Shown here in pieces: positions 57,770 through 64,000 of a stretch of DNA of 64,000 bases. The stretch spans positions 24,676,001 through 24,740,000 of the forward strand of contig OZ024747.1 in assembly GCA_964016885.1 (NCBI GenBank), given 5' to 3'. How positions within the stretch are numbered: position 1 is the first letter of the stretch; each line of letters begins with the position of its first letter. The DNA comes from Eledone cirrhosa (Eukaryota). A model generated the notes under the pieces. The model was not told the DNA's origin and made no database searches. It saw only the letters and a list, made by a program, of their open reading frames with translations. The translations under genes were made by a program, and so were the position numbers.

Positions 57770-57925
57770 ATCCACTTTTCTAAAAAAAAGTATATCATAC
57801 ACAAAACGCCAGCATCAACAGTTTTCCAAAAGACAGCAACATGAAAGGACCCGTTATTTTTCTCTAAAAACATTTTTTCCAATTCCGCCCCACTCGTTCC
57901 TTCAATCTTTCTAATTTCTCATTCT

Positions 57926-57963
57926 TTCTTCTGATGAAGGACTAGCGTCCAAAACGTTAGGAC
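57926..57963 (+). ncRNA. Degenerate hammerhead-like motif
   Basis: CUGAUGA-A-GGAC(UAGC)GUCC-AAAACGUU; essential G12 is A. Confidence 0.45.
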
Positions 57964-59829
57964 CATCTTCCTGCTATTTCAAGTGTTAACCTAATATATA
58001 CCTTCCATATATACTGTATCGATTGTGTAGTTATTTCTGTTTACCTTTTACATACATATATATATATATATATATGCATGTATGCGTTTGTCTGTGTCTG
58101 TGTGGGAGGTTTGAACCCAAGTTCTTTCTCATTTTTTACACAAAAAATGTTGACCCAGATATTTTAAAGTTCTAGCTCTATTTGATATTTAATCATACTA
58201 CGATAAGTATATACCTCTTTCTCTTTCGGATTATAAGAACATTATTCAGGAAAACACTTTCAACTTGTTTGATCCAACTGAATAACACATTCAGCATGTC
58301 ATTACTCTACAAAACGTTATTGCATCAAATTCCATCTGCAGCATTTATGGTGTTGATGAATTATGTAAAAGAACATGAAAGTGGTGGTTTTCTAGCTTCG
58401 GAATTGGGGATGTCAACTTGAAGGATGAGCCAAAAACAGAGGCATTCAAAGGGGACTTCATTCTCAGACCCTACAAGTCAGATTCCAAAATTTCCTTCTT
58501 CAAATTGTCACATCATCATCATCATCATCATCATCATCTTCATTTAACCTCCATTTTTCCATGCTGGCATGGGTTGGACAGGTTCTCACAGACTAAGTCA
58601 GTACTTAATTGAAGCTAAATGGGTATAGTGGATACTTTAGCATAAATAGAGGAGTTGATACGAAAATACTGGGCAACTTGTTTCTATACTGATAGCCAGG
58701 TCATCTGCAGTACCACAGGTAGGTCATCAATCATCATAGTCCTTCAACATCTATTGTGAGATTCAGCTTCATAAGCTCTGTCTTCACCAATTGATCTCAT
58801 GTCTTCTTAGGCAATTTAATATTTAAGACTCACATTCTGTAACTGCTTTCTAAGAAGATTAAGAAACTCAGGGGAAATTTTTCTCCTGGGACTTTCAGAG
58901 AATGGCTAAATGAACTTTCTTTCAGTTTCTTAGACCCACCATCTGGAAAGGGTTAAAACTAACATGAAGTAGACGCATCACCTTGTCAATACAATTAGTG
59001 ATAGAAGCAACAACAAAATTGTACCTCAGGGAGCAGAGACTAAATGACATTAACAATCAGTAATACATATGTGTATATACATACATACATGTGGAAGTAT
59101 ATGTATATATATGTGTGAGTATGTGAGAGCAGATCTAATTAAATGGTAAAATTAAGGAGGCAGTTAAGTATCATAATTAATTAAACAGATATAATGAGTT
59201 AAATTAAATAATTGAATCTAATAATATGAAATATTCAATTTATTTAATAATAATTAATTGTATCTCTGCCTCCAACAAAACGGAAATATATTCCATGCTA
59301 TGTAGCATGTGATAGGGGTAAAAAGAGAAAGAGAAAGACAATAAGACAGAGAGGGTGAGGAAAGGGGCAAGAGAGAGATTGGGAAAGACAGAGAGAGTGG
59401 AGAAAGGGGCAAGAGAGAGAGATTGATAATAAAAGACTAAATCGAATGCTGAATTGAATGCTTTTAAACTGGCCATATCCAGCCAGAATTCTCTCACCTC
59501 TTTCTGTTCAAACTGGTCGTAACTGGCCACTCATACTGATGTGAAGGTGTTGTTCTCAAAATAAATAATATCAAATCCTCGTAGATTCGATATTATGTTA
59601 GATAATTATGTGAAATAAAATGTTTACTATGAAAATACAATAGTAAATATATAGTAATGTAAATGCTAAAGGGTTAAATGAAGGCGGATCTTAAGAATAG
59701 ATATAGAGAAAGTGAAGGCTTTATTAATTATTTGAAAATTGACAAAAATAATTGGAAATAAACAAACGGACACCATACATTCATTATTCAATAGTTTCAT
59801 TCTTTAAAACTTACTTTAACACAATGCTA

Positions 59830-60180
59830 AATGAACCACATTAGCAAGATATTCTTGAAAAGTAGAAAACAGTACTATGACTGTATCACATTAAACATTA
59901 AAGCCTTTGTTTTAATACTGCAAATTTTCACAATAATCTTTACAATAATAAAGATACTATAAATATTTGAATTAACAAACTACATGAAACCACATTAGTA
60001 AGAAATTATTGAAAAGTAGAAAACAGCGCTATGACTGCATTACTTCAAATATTAAAGCCTTTATGCTAATACTGTTAATTTTCTCAACAATCTATCATCT
60101 TCTGGTAATGATAATATAAGCATTTGAATTAACAAACTAGCTTTTAGATATTTTGTGCTAAATCATTACAGGATGTTGAG
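59830..60180 (+). repeat. Tandem duplication (about 153 bp) of a dispersed repeat also at 51630-51812
   Basis: CCACATTAG..TTGAAAAGTAGAAAACAG..CTATGACTG repeated. Confidence 0.7.
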
Positions 60181-61609
60181 AATTAATATCTTTCTGTAAT
60201 GGGTATCTCTCATTGATTGGGTTTAGAAAAACATTTTTTGTCACATCAAAGAAACAAAACATAGACAGCTCTTAATAGATAGAAACCATGATTTGGACAC
60301 ACATGCCTGCAGTGGAGACAAACTCACAAACATGAATTTATGATTCGATTCAATCCTATATTTGGCACAGGATGGGCATCCAGCTTTAGAGACCATGCCA
60401 AATATGTCGAGAAGACTCTTCAGTTATATCAAGGATGTGGCAACTTCCCTAGGACTGTTGATCCTATAAAATGCACTCAGTTCCCTCATAAGGTGGCGAA
60501 TTGGCAGAGTTGTTAAAACGTCAGATAGAATGCTTTATGGTATTTGTTCCGGCTTTCTGCTCTTTGAGTTCAAATCTTGCTGAGGTCAACTTTGCCTTAC
60601 ATCCTTTCAAGGTTGATAAAAGAACCACCAGTCTAGTACTGAGGTCGATTCTTCCTCTCTCTGCAAGAAATCTGCTGTACTGAGGCCTGGAGAGGGATGG
60701 GCGCTGCCAGGCTTAAAATGCCCAAGAAATGCCATATGTAAATACAGTGCCCCTACAACTCTATCAGGAGTTACGGGACCATACATACCCTCTGTAAAAT
60801 GGTTGGTGCTAGGAAAGCTATCCAGCTATAGAAACCATGGCAAAATTTGAATGTAAGTGAAGTGTGCCAATAGACCATCTAGGAAGACGGTAACTCCAGA
60901 TAAATACTGTAACGACCCATCCAACAAATGACTACATAGAAAATCCTCATAAAATGAAGATGATCATGATGATGATGATGGTGAAATAAAAACAGCCATA
61001 ATCCTTTTAATAAAAATACCATCAATTCAGGAAATTGTGTATTTTGTGTTGAGGAAGAAAATGCCCTTTAAAAGGTGTTGCTAGTTTTGTTGTGAGGTAA
61101 TAGAGGGAGATATTGGAAGTCTGCTTCACTGAATTGGAAGAAGTAAACGTGTTTCTAGATCTACAGCAATAAAACACACTCATTCACCCTCTCACCCTCA
61201 CCCTCTCACACCACTTCCTTCCTTTCCCATTTTTATCTTATCTTTCTTTCTTACATTTTCTTGTCTTTGTTTCATTTTTTGTTTTCTTTTATAAATGTTT
61301 TCTTAGTATTTGTGTTTCACAGTGTACCTACACATGCATATACACATACACACACATACATGCATGCATACCTATACATATATACACACACACACATATA
61401 TTATATATATATTTATACACACACAAATGCACACATGCACATATGTACACATACACACACGCACATACAAATGCATACACACACAAATGCACACACAAAC
61501 ATGATATATATACACATACATACACACACATATGGTAGACATTGATGTATGTAATGAGGTACCAAATGACATATGCAAAAATAAATTCAATTAATAGAAT
61601 GATTATTGT

Positions 61610-61940
61610 GAAGGTACTTAGCTATTCTTCCAGTTCCTTAGCCTCGCGATCACCTGGTCTTATTGAAGTATCAGGTGATGCTAGTGAAAGCGCTTGGCTA
61701 TTCCAACATGTTAGACTGGCATTCTCCTGGTCTTACTGAAGTATCAGGTAATGCTGGTGAGGGTCCTTGGCTATTCCAGTGTCTTAGCCTCGCTATCCCC
61801 TTGCCTTATTGAAATATCAGGTAATGCTGGTGAGGGTCCTTGGCTATTCCAGTGCCCTAGCCTCACTATCTCCTAGCCTTATTGAAGTATCAGGTGATGC
61901 TGGTGAGGGTACTTGGCTATTCCAGTGCCTTAGCCTTGGT
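61610..61940. repeat. 73-bp minisatellite, about 4.5 units
   Basis: GAAGTATCAGG (one copy GAAATATCAGG) at 61665, 61738, 61811, 61884. Confidence 0.85.
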
Positions 61941-61954
61941 GTCTCTCATATGCC

Positions 61955-62266
61955 TTAACCTCTTCAGTGCCGTAGACGAGATAACTCGTCCTAACATGTA
62001 TGCATACCAGTGCCACGGATGAGATAACTCGCCCTAACATGTTTGGATTCCTTTCCAACAGTTCATAACTTTGAAGTTATGAACTCATTCCCCAAATTTC
62101 ATAACTTCAGTTATGAACTCGTTTCCAACAGTTCACAACTTCAAAGCTAGATGGGTTACTAGTTTATTGATGTGACGTTTGTCAATCAAAATAGTCATTT
62201 TACTGAAAAGAAAAACTGGCACAGCAACTGTAGCTGTGTAAAAATACGCAGCAGTCAACAGGTTAA
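61955..62266. mobile_element. piggyBac-like MITE
   Basis: TTAA at both ends; imperfect TIR TTAACCTCTTCAGTGC / GCAGTCAACAGGTTAA; internal short direct repeats. Confidence 0.6.
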
Positions 62267-62488
62267 AAATTTCCCCGAAGGTAACAATGACATTCCTTGT
62301 GACAGTGTGTAATGCAGGGATTCGCTATCATCTGTGATAATGGCATGGGTGTCTTGATTTGCCTGAAACATATTTACAAAGCAAGACCAACATTTTATAT
62401 TGTTGTATGTAACTGAATGTAAATATCTTCTCTTTTTTCTTTCTGATTCTTTTTTTTTTTTATTGATTTGTTACTTTTATAAATGTAG

Positions 62489-62591
62489 ATTTCTTGCATC
62501 AGATTCAAGGAGGAAGAGATAATTGGACATCGATTGCAATGTTTAAATTTTCCTTAGGAAGCATTGACCTCATGAAGAAGATCAGTTATAA
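62489..62591 (+). other. Possible exon of an unidentified plus-strand transcript
   Basis: Long T-rich tract then TGTAG acceptor; AA/GTAAGA donor; one open frame FLHQIQGGRDNWTSIAMFKFSLGSIDLMKKISY; no homology recognised. Confidence 0.3.
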
Positions 62592-62710
62592 GTAAGAGTA
62601 TATTTACCCACTCGGACCAGATAGATCTTTGAAAAAAATTAAATGGTGAAAGTTGAGCTTTGGAAAAATATTAAATAGCAAGAAACCATTACTTAACATA
62701 AGATTTTAAA

Positions 62711-62930
62711 TAATTGTTTCTACTTTAGGCACAAGGCCAGGAATTTGGGGGCAGGGAAAAGTTGATTAAATTGACCCCAGTGTATTACTGGTACTTTATT
62801 TTATCGACCCCATAAGGATGAAAGACAAAGTTAACCTCAGCGGAAATTGAACTCAGAACATAAAGGGTCATAACTCTATGCTGCAAAGCATGGTGTCTGA
62901 CACTCTATCAATCCTACCCATCCACCACCC
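62711..62930 (-). mobile_element. SINE copy
   Basis: Reverse complement of consensus. Confidence 0.85.
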
Positions 62931-63908
62931 TTACTTAAAATAATAAGAATGTGAATACCTTCTTATCAACTAATTTCTCTCTAGAATAATTATAATTTAG
63001 CTTTGCTATCACTTACAGTAATACTGTGAGTGTTTTGGGTTGCCTCAAAAATTTCTAGAGGCAACACTAACATTCTCTGTTGCAACATGTAACTGAGCAT
63101 GCATATTTTCTGCATTATTTTCTATAATTAATTTCTATCAATTTCTTTTTTTTATTTCTTTTTTTTTCATGTAAATCCTATTAAGTGGACGCCACTACAC
63201 TCTGTAAAGTGGCAGAATAAAATGCACCCAGTACACTCTGTGAAGTGGTTGACATTAGGAAGGGCATCCAGCTGTAGCAATCAAGCTAAAATGGAATGTA
63301 TGAACAGGATGTGTCTCTCCAAACTATCTAGTCTTGAACTGTGACAAACTGTCCAACCCATGCCAGCATGGAGAGCAGATGTAAAACACTTTTGATGATG
63401 ATGATGATGATGATGAATGTCAACTAGAAATATATATATATATTTTTTTGTTAAGAAACGAAAATTAATGTCAGTAAAACCTAATGAAGTTAATACTTGG
63501 TAGCTCATGTCACAATGGACATTGTAGTGCTCATGGAAGTAGAATACTAACAGTATTAAATTAATATAGACAACTGTACAGAGTCACTAATGTACTTAGA
63601 ACTTCATGTCTACCTTAGCTTTACCTTTTATCTAATTACATTATATATTGGAGATGTTAGTGGAAATTTAATAATCTTAAAAACTTAGTGATCTTTATAT
63701 AAATAGATAGAAAAATGTACTGAATTAAGGTCAGGTGTTTGTAAATACAGTGAGCTTGTATCCTATGTGGTCAACTGGTTCTTAACAATCCTGCATTATT
63801 CAAAAATCTGTATGTTTTTTTTAAACACTGAACCTCACAGAGGAGATGAAAGAACACAATGGGTGGATGGCTGGAGTGGAGCTGTGCTGGAAAAGACAAG
63901 TCCAACAC

Positions 63909-63947
<39 letters not shown>

Positions 63948-64000
63948 TACATACATACATACATACATACATACATACATACATACATAGGAAGAGACAT

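Noticed and set aside
59240-59530. 96-aa ORF with donor-like AG/GTGAG
   Set aside because: Non-ATG start, purine-rich repeat content, and overlap with a probable MITE relic ending AAATGCTAAAGGGTTAA

Overview
Repeat-saturated eukaryotic DNA, most likely an octopus or other coleoid cephalopod (inferred from the (TA)n/TACATA microsatellites and SINE/LINE types, not proven). About half the window is low-complexity microsatellite, so the [12 protein letters not shown] ORFs are artefacts. One convincing host exon is present: minus strand 38853-39047, starting MGCAPSI like PDE8-family phosphodiesterases. Transposon relics include a frameshifted Penelope-like element (RT + GIY-YIG), RTE, CR1/L2-type, R4/Dong-like and CRE-like LINE fragments, many tRNA-type SINEs and two MITEs. 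The main discovery is a hammerhead-ribozyme system. A 310-bp satellite (5083-10014; 9 + 7 copies, folded back on itself) carries a type I hammerhead in every unit and resembles a non-LTR retrozyme. It sits about 35 bp from a Penelope-like element that has its own variant hammerhead. At least six further, sequence-distinct hammerhead motifs occur in the window. Several lie in fold-back palindromes with the same geometry: ribozyme-sense strands point outward, and most are embedded in or abut (TA)n. All folds were paired by eye; none was computed or tested.
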